DNA from: an uncultured Planctomycetota bacterium | GTDB taxonomy: Bacteria > Planctomycetota > Planctomycetia > Isosphaerales > Isosphaeraceae | Direction: 5' to 3' | Length of the DNA stretch: 64,000 nt | Assembly (NCBI GenBank): GCA_963845755.1 | Contig: CAWJTV010000013.1 | Location: 32,001 to 96,000, forward strand | Part shown: positions 31,743-42,699 of the stretch, piece by piece | How the letters are laid out: each line of letters opens with the position of its first letter | Numbering within the stretch: position 1 is the first letter of the stretch | The notes under the pieces: generated by a model | Seen by the model: the letters and a program-made list of their open reading frames with translations, nothing else | Told to the model about the DNA's origin: nothing | The model's database searches: none | Program-made: the position numbers and the translations under genes

Positions 31743-32511
31743 GGCCGGGCCTCGCCCGACGCTTCGCGGGGCCGGTACAGGTCCGTCGCGTCGACGAAGC
31801 CGCCATGACCGTACCTGTCGTGGTGCCGCACCCAGTCCATCAGGTTGTGGTGGGGGCCCGTCTCGTTGCGGCCCTTCGGTGTGAGGTCGAGATAGAAATA
31901 CGTGCCGAGCACCCCTTCATCACCGCGCGCATAGCACGAGTAGGTGTGGAAGACGTCGCCGACTTCGTCCTTGGTGAACACGCTGAGACCGGAGCCCTCA
32001 TCGCTCGTGGCCTTGGTCATCCCGTAGTTGCAATAGACCTGGCCCGTCGCCAACTCGTCCTTGGTGAAGGACACGTGATAGTCATGGTTGAAGCTGCTTC
32101 CGAAGGACGAGACCCATTTCGCACGCCAGCCCATGCGCTTCTTGAAGGCCTCGATCTTGGCGAGCGGTGCCCGCGAGACCCTGACGAAGCTCACGTCGTG
32201 GTTCTCCAGGTGGACGAGGGCGCCTTCGGCATGGTCCGAATGGAACGAACAGCCGACGCACCCCTCATCCCAATCGGGGCCGAACATGAAATGGTGGATG
32301 ATCAACTGGCTGCGGCCCGCGAAGAGGTCGGCGAGCGTCTCCTTGCCATCGGGCCCCTCGAAGACGTAAGACGTCGCGACCTTGACCCAGGGCAGGCGCG
32401 GCGATGCCGGCTCAACTCGTCGCGGAGCCTGGTCCACTGCTTCTCCTTCTCGAGGAGTTCCTTGCGGGCCGCGATCCATTCTTCGCGAGAGACGACGGCG
32501 TGATTGGCCAT
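31739..32511 (-). CDS. DUF899 thioredoxin-like protein (frameshifted)
   Basis: [43 protein letters not shown] and WVRHHDRY. Confidence 0.92.
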
Positions 32512-32607
32512 GGGATCCTCCTTCTCGGGCCTGCGGGGAACAGGAGATAGGGCAAGTGGCCGTTCGGTAGGCGGCCTCATCCGCGATACCACCCGCCCTG
32601 AGACACC

Positions 32608-33965
32608 TCAGTCGTCGATCGCCTGGTAGACGGAGGTCCAGAAATCGACGCAGACGTCCGGTGGAACGGGGGAAGTCCAGCGCGCTGGGTCATCAGGATC
32701 CCGATCATCTCCTCCCGAGGGTCTGAATACCAGGATGTTCCCAATCCGCCATCCCAGCCGAAACGGCCGGGAACCGCGTACACGTCGTCGCGCCGGGTGA
32801 CCACGGATACGCCCAATCCCCAGCCGTGGCTGTCGAAGTAGCCACGGACTAGACCCGAGACCGCCTTCTGCTCGGGTGTGAGTTGATCGGTTGTCATGGT
32901 CTCGACCGACGGCCTGGACAAGATGCGCTCGCCGTTGTGTTTGCCCTGATTCAGCATCATCTGACCGAAGGCCAGATAGTCGTTGACGGTCGAGACCAGC
33001 CCGCCGGCTCCGGACGGGAAAGCGGGCGGGCGACTCCATTGTCCGCCTTCGGCTTTGTCATAGAGCTCGAGAATCCCGGTGCGGGGGTTCGGCGCGTAAC
33101 TGGTCGCGAACCGGTCGAGCTTGGTGGCGGGCACGCTAAAGCTGGTGTCCTTCATGCCGAGGGGCTCGAAGATGCGTTCCCGGAAGAACGTCTCGAGCGG
33201 TTGGCCTGAGGCGCGTGCGATCAGCACGCTCAGTACATCCGATCCCGTATCATACAACCACTTCGCGCCCGGCTGGTCCATCAGCGGGAGCGTCCCCAGC
33301 CGGCGGACCCACTCGTCGGGCGCGGGCTGCGTCTGCGGCAGCGGCGGCCCCATCCTGATCTGCAGCTCGGTCGCGGCTTTCTGGATCGGATACGTCCCCG
33401 GCGGCGCCATGATGATGCCAAAGCCCCAGCGAAAGGTCAGCAGGTCGCGCACGGTGATCGGTCGATCGGCGGGCACGGTGTCGTCGAGCGGCCCGTCGAT
33501 CCGCTTCAGCACTCTCCGATTCGCCAGCTCGGGCAGCAGCCGATCGATCGGCTCGTCCAGCCGAATCTTGCATTCCTCGACCAGGATCATCGCCGCCACG
33601 GCCGTGATCGGCTTGGACAACGAGGCGATGCGGAAGATCGTGTCGCGAGCGATCGGGCCGCCGCCGACGGCCTTCGCGCCGATCGCGTCGACATGAACCT
33701 TGCCCCGCCGGCTCACCAGTGTGACCAGGCCGGGCACCGCGCCGCTGTCGACGTGGCGCGCCATCACGTCGTGCATCCTGCCGAGCCGCGTCTTCGAGAA
33801 TCGACCCTGGCCCATTGCGTGTCCCCCCTGCCCCGTGTTCCCCGACCGCGACGGCCGCACGGGTGCGGCCCCCGTCGCCTGCGCAGCGGCGGGCGCGGTC
33901 AGAGTACAGGACGCCGTCGCAGTCATCAAGAACGTCCGACGGTCCAATCCCATCGTTTCCCCCAT
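32608..33965 (-). CDS. Serine hydrolase (beta-lactamase-related), Tat-like N-terminus
   Basis: DRRTFL, FRIASLSK, GAGGLVST and FGWDGGLGT. Frameshift near 32660. Confidence 0.9.
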
Positions 33966-33975
33966 CTCATCGGAT

Positions 33976-34470
33976 TCAGAAACGCGGCGCTCGCCCGGCG
34001 GCCCGGCGGGCGTCGGCGAGCTGACCGAGATGGGTCATCTGGTGCAGGGCGATGATCAGGATCAACTGGCCCTTTGTCAGCCCGCCAGGTTGGAACCCCG
34101 GCGGCACCTCCGTCGGCGCCCGGTCGAGCCCCTCCTCACCGATCTCGTCGATCCGCGCGAGGTTCTTCGCTCGGAGGTCGCGATAGGTCGCGAGGACCTC
34201 GTCGTAGGGCGGGTACGCTCCGGCGTCGGTCGTCGGCTGCGTGCCCTGACCAAACAGGGGCTTCCAGGCCGCGACCGGGTTCGGCTCGCCGAAGAGGAGC
34301 TGCGAGAACTCCCCCTCGACCACGGCGAGGTGTCCGACGATCCACAACGGATGGTTGCCGCCGCGCGATGTCGGCTGAGTCAGGGGCGCGTCGCGCATGT
34401 CCTCGGCGGCCCCGGTCGTCCATTCGTCGGATTTCTGCAACGCCCAGCGAATCAGGTCGGTTTGCTTCAT
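33976..34470 (-). CDS. DinB family protein
   Basis: NHPLWIVGHL and HQMTHLGQL motifs. Confidence 0.88.
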   Translation of the reverse strand: MKQTDLIRWALQKSDEWTTGAAEDMRDAPLTQPTSRGGNHPLWIVGHLAVVEGEFSQLLFGEPNPVAAWKPLFGQGTQPTTDAGAYPPYDEVLATYRDLRAKNLARIDEIGEEGLDRAPTEVPPGFQPGGLTKGQLILIIALHQMTHLGQLADARRAAGRAPRF

Positions 34471-34952
34471 CGTCCCATCCCCTTTCGCCGCTCGGCCACC
34501 GGTCGCTCCGCGATTTCAGCGATTCGCTTCAGGCGGATGTCCCATCCTTGGCCGACTTTCTCCCGCATCTGCTCCGGGATCAGACCGATCGCCTGGTGCG
34601 TGAGCTTGAGCCGTGTCCCGTCTCCGTCGGCCGTCAGCCGGTACTGGAGGTGGTTGACGCCGGGGAACGACATGAACATCGGCCCGCACACCTCCAGCAG
34701 GGTCGGCGGCTTGATCACCTGGACGTGCCCCCAGAAATGGCCGGAATTATTGCCCAGGTCGCGATACCAACGCCCGCCCGGCCACGGCTCGATCACCATC
34801 GGGAACGGCGTCCCGTCCGGCATCGCCCCGGACGGGCCGATCTCCTCCAGCATCGCCTCGAACGTGATCTCGATCGGCGCGGCGATCTCGATCTCTTTGA
34901 GGATGCTGATGGTCTGGATCTCCTGCTCGGCAACGCTCGTTGACATGTTCAT
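34467..34952 (-). CDS. SRPBCC/AHSA1 domain protein
   Basis: EIEIAAPIE, EPWPGGRWYRD, GTRLKLTH and GW motifs. Confidence 0.88.
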   Translation of the reverse strand: MNMSTSVAEQEIQTISILKEIEIAAPIEITFEAMLEEIGPSGAMPDGTPFPMVIEPWPGGRWYRDLGNNSGHFWGHVQVIKPPTLLEVCGPMFMSFPGVNHLQYRLTADGDGTRLKLTHQAIGLIPEQMREKVGQGWDIRLKRIAEIAERPVAERRKGMGR

Positions 34953-35314
34953 TTCACTCCATTGGTCTTGTCCCGTCCCACGGATCGCTCGTTCGCCTTG
35001 CGCTCGGCGCGCTCCTTGATTCGGTCGAGCTGGTGATCCCAGAACGGCTCGAAGGTCTGGACCCAGTCGTGGATGGGCTTGAGATGGTCCGCATTCAGTT
35101 TGTACAGCCGCTGCTGTCCCGAATGGCGCACGCCAACAAGCCCCACTCCTCTCAAGACCCGCAGGTGCTTGGACACCTGCGGCTGGGTCAGGCCAAGCGT
35201 CGCGACCACATCGCCCACCGGCCTCTCGCCCCCGGCGAGCAGGTCGAGGATCTGCCGACGCCGCGGTTCGGCGACCGCGTTGAAGGCATCCGATGTCGTC
35301 GACGCTCGTGCCAT
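34949..35314 (-). CDS. ArsR/SmtB family transcriptional regulator
   Basis: FNAVAEPRRRQILDLL...QPQVSKHLRVL. Confidence 0.95.
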   Translation of the reverse strand: MARASTTSDAFNAVAEPRRRQILDLLAGGERPVGDVVATLGLTQPQVSKHLRVLRGVGLVGVRHSGQQRLYKLNADHLKPIHDWVQTFEPFWDHQLDRIKERAERKANERSVGRDKTNGVK

Positions 35315-35320
35315 GCGGGC

Positions 35321-35348
35321 AGTATATACCCTAATGGGAATATTTCAA
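35321..35348 (-). promoter_or_regulatory. Promoter with overlapping palindromic ArsR operator, likely leaderless mRNA
   Basis: Minus strand TTGAAA-16 bp-TATACT ending 6 nt before the ATG. Palindrome atataccc-taat-gggaatat (35324-35343). Confidence 0.65.
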
Positions 35349-35519
35349 GTGCGGACGTCCGGAAACGCATGATTCGTCGGGAACGCTCGGCTCGAGCGGT
35401 CATCGCTCGGCTTGCGCACGCACTACCCCGCTTTCGAGGGGCGGCATCTTTTTGCCCTCGCCCGCATCGATGGGAGAGGGGGAAGTTCCCGGCGGCGCTC
35501 AACTCAATCGTGAAGTGCT

Positions 35520-37337
35520 CTAGCGATACGCCGCCGCCTGGATTCCGTAAAGCTCCGAATACGGACCGCCCCGGGCCACCAGCTCTTCATGGGAGCCCAC
35601 CTCGACCACTCGCGCGCCATCGAGCACAACGATGAGATCGGCCATCCGGACGGTGCTGAAGCGATGGGACACAAGGATCGTGATGCGGCCATCGGCTCCC
35701 TCTGCTTCACCTTCACCATCGAGAGTCCCGCCGTGCGCGGCGGCGGCGTAGCGTTCGAAGAGCGCGTGCTCGGTCTCGGCGTCGAGGGCCGCGGTCGGTT
35801 CGTCCAGCACCAGGAGCAATGGGCGATCGCGCATGAAGCCGCGGGCCAGGGCGAGCTTCTGCCACTGGCCGAAGCTGACCTCGACGCCATCGGGCCAGGT
35901 CGGGCCGAGCTGCGTCTCGAGGCCCGCGACCAGTCGAGCGACGACGTCGTCGGCCCCCGCGCGGTCCACGGCCGCGATGACCGCGGGCTCGTCGTCCAAT
36001 CGCGGAATATCCCCGACGCCCACGCTATGCCGCGCCGGAATTCGAACCGGTAGAAATCCTGGAATGCGCCGGAGAGCCGCGCCCGCCAGGCGTCGGCGGG
36101 CATGCGGGCCAGATCGATTCCGTCCACGAGGATGCGACCGCTCGTCGGCGGGTAGAGCCGGCACAGGAGCTTCACGAGCGTGGACTTGCCGGCGCCGTTC
36201 TCGCCCACGATGGCCACGACGGCGCCGGGCTTGATATCCAGGCAGACATCCTCGAGCACGCGGCGCTGGGTGCCGGGATAGGCGAAGGACACGTGCTCGA
36301 AGCGAATCCCGTCGGCAAGCCGCTCCGGTACGGGCGCGTCGCAGTGCTCGACCAGGGAGGCGGCGTAGTCTTCGAGCCAGGCCAGGCGCCGGGAGCCGTC
36401 GAGCCAGATCCCCCGCAGGAACCCGATCTCGCCCACCGTCGCACCGATGTACGTCGACAGCCGCGAGCCCGCCGCCAGCACCAGCAGCACATCGCTGGAT
36501 CGCGCCGGGATTCGGAGCGCGACGAACGCCACGGCGGCGACGAACCCGGCGCCGAAGATCGACCAGCCGAGCGTATGCCACAGGGCCGTCCCCCACCGCG
36601 CCGCGGCCACGGGCCCGTACCAGCGTTCCCAGGCCGCGCGGCGCCGGGCTACCAGGCGATCGCCGATGCCGGTGACGCGCACCTCCTTGCCGGGCGGGGC
36701 CGTGGTGGCCGTCACGAACAGGTGACGAGCCAGCCGGTTTGCTGGTGCGCCCCGTTCCTGGGCGGCGCGCTCCACGCCCGGTCGCCATGCGGAGGTGAGC
36801 ACCGTCGGCAGCGCCAGCACGGCCAGCAGCCCCAGCGCCGGGTGGATCGACATCAAGAGCGCCACGGTCACGCCGAGCCGGAGGATCCACCCGCATGTGG
36901 AGAACAACGACATATACATGTGATCGAGCACGAACACCTGGTCGCGGAGCATCGCGAGGCGGTTCAGTAATTCGGGGCGCTCGTGGTGCTCGATGGTGGC
37001 GACCGACGCCTGGAGACGGGCCACGTGCGCCTCGAGCGCGATGGTCAAGCGTTCGCGAAACCGGCGCTGCACTGCGCGTGCTGACCACGTTCAGGAACCA
37101 GGTGGCCGTTGCCGAGGCGCCCAGGCCCACGGCCGAGGCCATCACGAGACCTCGGTGGTGAGTCATCACTCCGTCGGCCAGCAGCTTGAGCCAGATCGCC
37201 AGCAGTGCATCGGGCAACGCCGCCAGGAGCGAGAGGCCGAACGACACCACCAGGAGCAGCGGCTCGGATTCATAGCCACGCTTGAGCGCCCGCCACATGG
37301 CGGGCAGTGCGGGCGGCAGATCGTCATGTGAGGACAT
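35520..37337 (-). CDS. ABC exporter, fused permease/ATPase (frameshifted)
   Basis: GENGAGKST, SFGQWQKL, LDEPT and SHRFST, with an N-terminal TM domain. Confidence 0.9.
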   Translation of the reverse strand: MSSHDDLPPALPAMWRALKRGYESEPLLLVVSFGLSLLAALPDALLAIWLKLLADGVMTHHRGLVMASAVGLGASATATWFLNVVSTRSAAPVSRTLDHRARGARGPSPGVGRHHRAPRAPRITEPPRDAPRPGVRARSHVYVVVLHMRVDPPARRDRGALDVDPPGAGAAGRAGAADGAHLRMATGRGARRPGTGRTSKPAGSSPVRDGHHGPARQGGARHRHRRSPGSPAPRGLGTLVRARGRGAVGDGPVAYARLVDLRRRVRRRRGVRRAPNPGAIQRCAAGAGGGLAAVDVHRCDGGRDRVPAGDLARRLPAPGLARRLRRLPGRALRRARTGAACRRDSLRARVLRLSRHPAPRARGCLPGYQARRRRGHRGRERRRQVHAREAPVPALPADERSHPRGRNRSGPHARRRLAGAALRRIPGFLPVRIPARHSVGVGDIPRLDDEPAVIAAVDRAGADDVVARLVAGLETQLGPTWPDGVEVSFGQWQKLALARGFMRDRPLLLVLDEPTAALDAETEHALFERYAAAAHGGTLDGEGEAEGADGRITILVSHRFSTVRMADLIVVLDGARVVEVGSHEELVARGGPYSELYGIQAAAYR

Positions 37338-39125
37338 CGTAGTCCACTCCTTCCTCCTCGTCGGCCGAACCAAAGCGCGAGGCTTGCAGGTCGAACATCG
37401 TGCGATAGCGGCCGCCCGCCGCCATCAGTTCCTCGTGCGTGCCCAGCTCGACCACCCGACCGTGCTCGAGCACGCAGATGCGATCCGCATGACGCACGGT
37501 CGAGAACCGGTGTGAGATGAGGATCGTCGTGGTGTGGCGCGTCGCCGCGAGGATGCGGTCGAAGATCTCGGCCTCGCCACGCACGTCGAGCTGCGCGGTG
37601 GGCTCGTCGAGCAGCACGACACCCGCGCCCAGCCGCACCGCGCACAAGGCGCGCGCCAGGGCCACACGCTGCCACTGTCCGCCGGAAAGCTCGGTGCCGC
37701 CCTCATAGCCGCGCGCCAGGATCGTGTCGAGATCGGCAAGGCCCGACGCGCCCGCGTCGGCGAGTGCCTGCCGGATCGCGTCGTCCGGCGCACCGGCGGG
37801 TGCCACGTTGTCGCGCAGGGGCAATTCGAATCGAATGAAATCCTGGAACACCGCCGTCACGCGCGATCGCCAGCCATCCAGGTCGACCTCGCGGAGGTCC
37901 ACACCGTCGACCTCGATCGCGCCGGCCTGGGGGTCATACAGTCGGCAGAGGAGTTTGGCGAGTGTCGTCTTGCCGGCGCCGTTCTGGCCCACGATGGCCA
38001 ACGACGACCCGGCGGGGATCGTGAGATCGAAGCCCTCGAGCACCGGCTCATTCGTGGCCGGGTAGGCGAAGGTCACGTTCCGGAATCGGATCGCGCGGCC
38101 GGCAGGCCGGAGGCTCCCCGCGTGCCAAGGGCTAGCGCACCGGCGGCGTCCATCGCGTCCTGGAGGCGCAATACCGCCGCGACGGGTGCGGCTGCGCCAT
38201 CGAGTGCCCACGACAGCCCACCGAAGGCGATCATGCTGGTGCCGATGGCGGCGCTCGCGAAGGTCACCACGCGATCGAGTGCCAGGACGCCCTCGGCCGC
38301 GGCGTTCGCCATCGACCAGAACACCACGACGTTGGCGGCCAGCACCACGACCAGGCTCCACGCCACCGGCTGCTCGCGCAGGCGGGTTGCCTCCCAGCGC
38401 AGCTCGAAGAGGCGGAGACGCCGCGAGCGGAACCGCTCGACCACCCAGCCCGCGAGTCCGAACAGCCGCAGCTCTTTGGCGGCCGGCGGTTCGACCGCGA
38501 GTCGATAGGCGTAGTCGGCGTGACGTTGGGCTTCGCGGACCGCCTCGGTATTCCGGTCGCGCCACACGCCGCTCTCCCGCAACAGCCAGTGCGTCGCAAG
38601 CCACGCGCCGCCCAGTATCAGTGGCGCCCACCAGGCATAGGCGGCGAGCACGACGGCCGAAGCCAGGCCCGCTACCATCAAGATCAGCCCCAAGCCGATG
38701 AAGTCCATCGAGATCGACATCGGTGGGCCGGTGATGCCGAGGTCGAAGTCGCGCGCCATCGTGAGGTCGCTGGTGAGTTTCGGGCTCTCCAGGTGGCCCA
38801 TCCCCGGCGGTCGCACGCAGGCCGAGGTAAGACGGTCGTAGAGCCATGCGGCCGTCCGGCTGCCGAGGTTGGCGCCGATGGCCTGGTGGATCTGCGCGAG
38901 CACCTGGAGCGGAACGAACACGACCCCCACCAGCACCAGCGGTACAACCAGGTTGTCGCCCCGCTGCACCGCGCCCACGAGCATGCCCATAACAATGGCG
39001 AACATCGCGGGCAAGATCCCGCGCAGCAGGAGCACGGCCCACCAGGCGATCGCCAGGGTGCGGTCCGCCTGCGGCAAGACCCCGAAGAACTTCCACTCGT
39101 TGCGTACGCGCAAGCGTTCGATCAT
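37324..39125 (-). CDS. ABC exporter, fused permease/ATPase (frameshifted), likely heterodimer partner
   Basis: GQNGAGKTT, LSGGQWQR, LDEPT and SHRFST. Confidence 0.9.
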
Positions 39126-39624
39126 CGGTGCGGCTTCCTTTCAGCCCCGATGAGGGAGATGGCAGCGGGACTGGCCTCCGACGCCATGCTCACCGGTCCT
39201 GCGTTGGAGACACTTCTTTATGCTTGCAGATCGCCGCTACAGCGGTCTACGCATGGCTGATTCATGGAAACAGATGTACCGTAAAAGCCGAGTGCCGTCA
39301 AGAGCGATGACGCCAGCCGGGGGAGCAACTCTGGCATCACCACTGGGGGTCATCGTCGCCGGGTGTGGGGGAGTCTCTACGTCATTTGCCTGCGAGCGGG
39401 TGAGATCCGAAGCGTCGAGACGCGATGGTCACGAGCGCGGCGGCGCGAAGCCGCCTGGAGCCTTCTGTCAATTGAGCACTCGTCTCAGCCGCAGGCGCGC
39501 CGCGGGATCGCTGGGGAGAGCCGTCCCGACGGGCCCAGGATGCGGGAGGGCGCCACGGAAGCCGAAGATCGAGGCTCGGTCTCGATCCGGGACGACGCCG
39601 TGCGCGCCGGCGACCAGGCGGCGC

Positions 39625-39795
39625 TTGGAGCGTCAGATCTGGCCCCGGCCGATGAAGAGACGCTGGTCGCCGGTCCAGGAATCGAGAATCGGGGCCTCGG
39701 ATCCCCGAGCGAGATCCTGTACGTCTTGTAGGCGATGGTCAGGCCGCCGAGGTCGCCGATGTTCTCACCCATGACGAGCGCCCCGTTGACGTGCT
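39625..39795 (-). pseudogene. Degraded partial duplicate of the M13 peptidase 3' region
   Basis: Aligns with 40611-40783 (GENIGDLGGLTIAYK region) with scattered substitutions and a 1-bp deletion. Confidence 0.85.
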
Positions 39796-39836
39796 GGAAG
39801 TAGCAGACATGGTCCCTCCATTGTCACGGGACATCG

Positions 39837-40351
39837 CTAAACGGAATCTCCGGGCCGGCTCGTCGGTCGATCGATTCGGGCGGGTCCGCTGACCAATTGC
39901 ATCACGAGGATCGCCAGGGCCGTCAGTCCGGCCCAGAGGAAACCATCGATGATCGCCATGAGAGCACCGGCACGAACTCGATCAGGCCCATGAGTTTCCC
40001 GGCGACGAGATAATCGCGCAGCGTACCCACGACCGCCAAGACGCCCAGGAAGACAGCCAGGCCACACCCGCCGAACCGCCGCATCACGGTCCAGCCGATC
40101 AAGGCGAGGAAGGCGAGGATCACAACAATCGCCGGGTACATGGCCACTGGTCCAACGGGCGTGTCGTCGGACGTATACCGCCACCATCCCCGCGCGTGAG
40201 CCAGGGCTTCCACGCCCAGGCCAACGATTGCAACAACCCCGCCGCCGGCCAGGGCTCCCACGACACGACGCGCGGTCGCCCTGGAGAAGTAGATCGCGGC
40301 AGCCAGCAACGAGAGGTACACGCAACTGGCCAGGATGAGGATCTGCGTCAT
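39837..40351 (-). CDS. Membrane protein (frameshifted)
   Basis: About five hydrophobic segments and GWWRY motif, GGGAGG RBS. Confidence 0.7.
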
Positions 40352-40441
40352 GGCCACGCACCTCCCGTCACAGCTTTGTAGGGTTATCTGTGAGCACTGG
40401 CTTATAGCTGGAACAGTGCTCCTCGGGCATCCTACCAACGC

Positions 40442-42494
40442 TTACCAGATCCGCACGCGGCGGTCGGGCGGGAGCCAGAGCTTGTCTCCCTCCTTGACGC
40501 CGAACGCGGCGTAGAACTCGGAGAGATTCCGAACGACGCCGTTGCATCGGAATTCGGTGGGCGAGTGGGGATCCGTGGCCAGTCGGCGGATCAGCTCGGC
40601 GTCGCGATACTTGGAGCGCCAGATCTGGCCCCAGCCAATGAAGAGGCGCTGGTCGCCGGTCCAGGAATCGAGGACCGGGGCCTCGGATCCCTTGAGCGAG
40701 ATCTTGTACGCCTTGTAGGCGATGGTCAGGCCGCCGAGGTCGCCGATGTTCTCGCCGATGGTGAGCGCCCCGTTGACGTGCTGCCCGGGAAGCTGGGCGG
40801 GCGAGAAGCCGTTGTACTGCTCGATCAGCATTTTGGCCCGCTTCTCGAATTCCTGGCGATCGGCGTCGGTCCACCAGTTCTTCATGTTGCCGTCGCCGTC
40901 GAACTTCGACCCCTGATCGTCGAAGCCGTGGCCGATCTCGTGGCCGATGACCGCGCCGATGCCCCCGTAATTCACCGCATCGTCGGCGGTCCGGTCGAAG
41001 AACGGCGGCTGGAGGATCGCGGCCGGGAAGACGATCTCGTTGAAGCCCGGGTTGTAGTAGGCGTTGACCGTCTGCGGGGTCATGCCCCATTCGGTCCGGT
41101 CCACCGGCTTACCGAGCTTGGCGATGTTGCGATCGACTTCGAAAGCATGCGCGCGGCGGACGTTGCCGACCAGGTCGTCGCGACGGATCTCCAGCTTGGA
41201 GTAGTCGCGCCACTTGTCGGGATAGCCGATCTTGGGCGTGAACCTGGCGAGCTTCTCGAGGGCTTTCTTCTTGGTCTCGGGGCTCATCCAGTCGAGGTGC
41301 TGGATGTCCTCGCGATAGGCTTCGATCAGGTTCCGCACGAGCTCTTGCATCCGCGCCTTGGCCTCGGGCGGGAAGTGGCGCGCGACGTACAGTTTGCCGG
41401 CCGCCTCGCCCAGCGAACCCTCGACAAGCATGACGCCGCGCTTCCAGCGCGGGGGAGCTCGGTGGCACCGCTGAGCTTCCGCGCGAAGGCAAAATCCTCG
41501 TCCACGATGGTTTTATTCAAATAGCCCGCCGTCGAATCGATGACGTTCCAGGTCAGCCAGGTCTTCCATTGGTCCAGCGGGATCTCGCCGAACGTCCCGG
41601 CCATCGCCGTGAAATAGTCGGGCTGACGGACGATGACGTCCGATACGTCCTTGGCTCCCGCGGCCTCGAAGTAGATCGACCAGTCAAATCCGGGGGTCAG
41701 GGCGTCGAGCGCCGCGCGGTCTTTCTTATTGTAAGTCAGAGTCTGATCGCGGCTCTTGACGCGGTCCCAGTGCTGCCTGGCCAGCCGGGTCTCCAGGTCC
41801 ATCACCTGCTTGGCCGCCGCGGCCGGCTCGGACCTGCCGGTCAGCGCGAACATCCGTTCCACATGCGCGACGAACGCCCCCCGGATCGGCTGGAACTTCG
41901 GGTCGCGATAATACGACTCGTCCGGCAGGCTGATCCCGCCCTGAGACACGTAGACGATCTCACGGTCCGACTGTTTGGCATCGGGCGACACCAACAGCCG
42001 GAAGGTCCCGCCGATCCCCTGGTGCTGGAATTCGGCGAGGGTGCGGAGCAGTTCCGCCTTGTCCTTGATCGCGTCGATCCGCGCAAGGTCGGCCCGGATC
42101 GGCTGGAGCCCCAGCTCCTCAGCTTTCTTCTCATCCAGGAACCCGGCATAGAGGTCGCCGATCTTCTGGGCCTCGGAGCCGCGCGACTGAGCCGCTTGTT
42201 GGGCCGTCCCCTCGATGATCGCCCGGAGATCCTTCAGCGCGTTATCCCGCAACTCCATGAAGGAGCCGAAATAGCCATACTCGGCCGGGATCTTGGCCTC
42301 GGCCAGCCATCCGCCGTTGATGTGGCGGAACAAATCATCCTGGGGCCGCGCCTTGGCGTCGAAGCCCGATTTTGTGATGCCTGACTTGACGGACGGATCC
42401 GCAGCGCCGCGCGCGGACCCGTTCCCCAGCAGACGACGACCAGACTTGTGGCCAGCAACGTCACGCCCGATGCCATGTACGGCTGCACTCTCAT
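40442..42494 (-). CDS. M13 family metallopeptidase (PepO/neprilysin-like, frameshifted)
   Basis: PQDDLFRHINGGW, VNAYY, HEIGHGFDDQG, GENIGD and DPHSP. Confidence 0.95.
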
Positions 42495-42544
42495 GCGTCC
42501 CATTCCTCAATGATGATAAATCCCACCGCCAGTCCGACTTCGGC

Positions 42545-42609
42545 CCGTAGGTCAGGCTTTCCGGCCTGACCGCATTGCAATGTCAGCCTGGCAAGCCTGA
42601 CCTATGGGG
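42545..42609. repeat. REPIN-like GTAG-type palindromic doublet
   Basis: gtaggtcaggctttccggcctgac ... gtcagcctggcaagcctgacctat, further flanked by tccgacttcggc / gccggagtcgga. Confidence 0.7.
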
Positions 42610-42699
42610 CTGCCGGAGTCGGATCTTACCATCGTGGCGCTCGATCGGGAGGGCACAAGAGCAAACCGCATCCGCGGGCGTTGCACGGGCGGCCGGGGT

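Noticed and set aside
39625..40783. DGR template/variable repeat pair
   Set aside because: Mismatches are not adenine-specific on either strand, there is an indel, and no reverse transcriptase is in the window.
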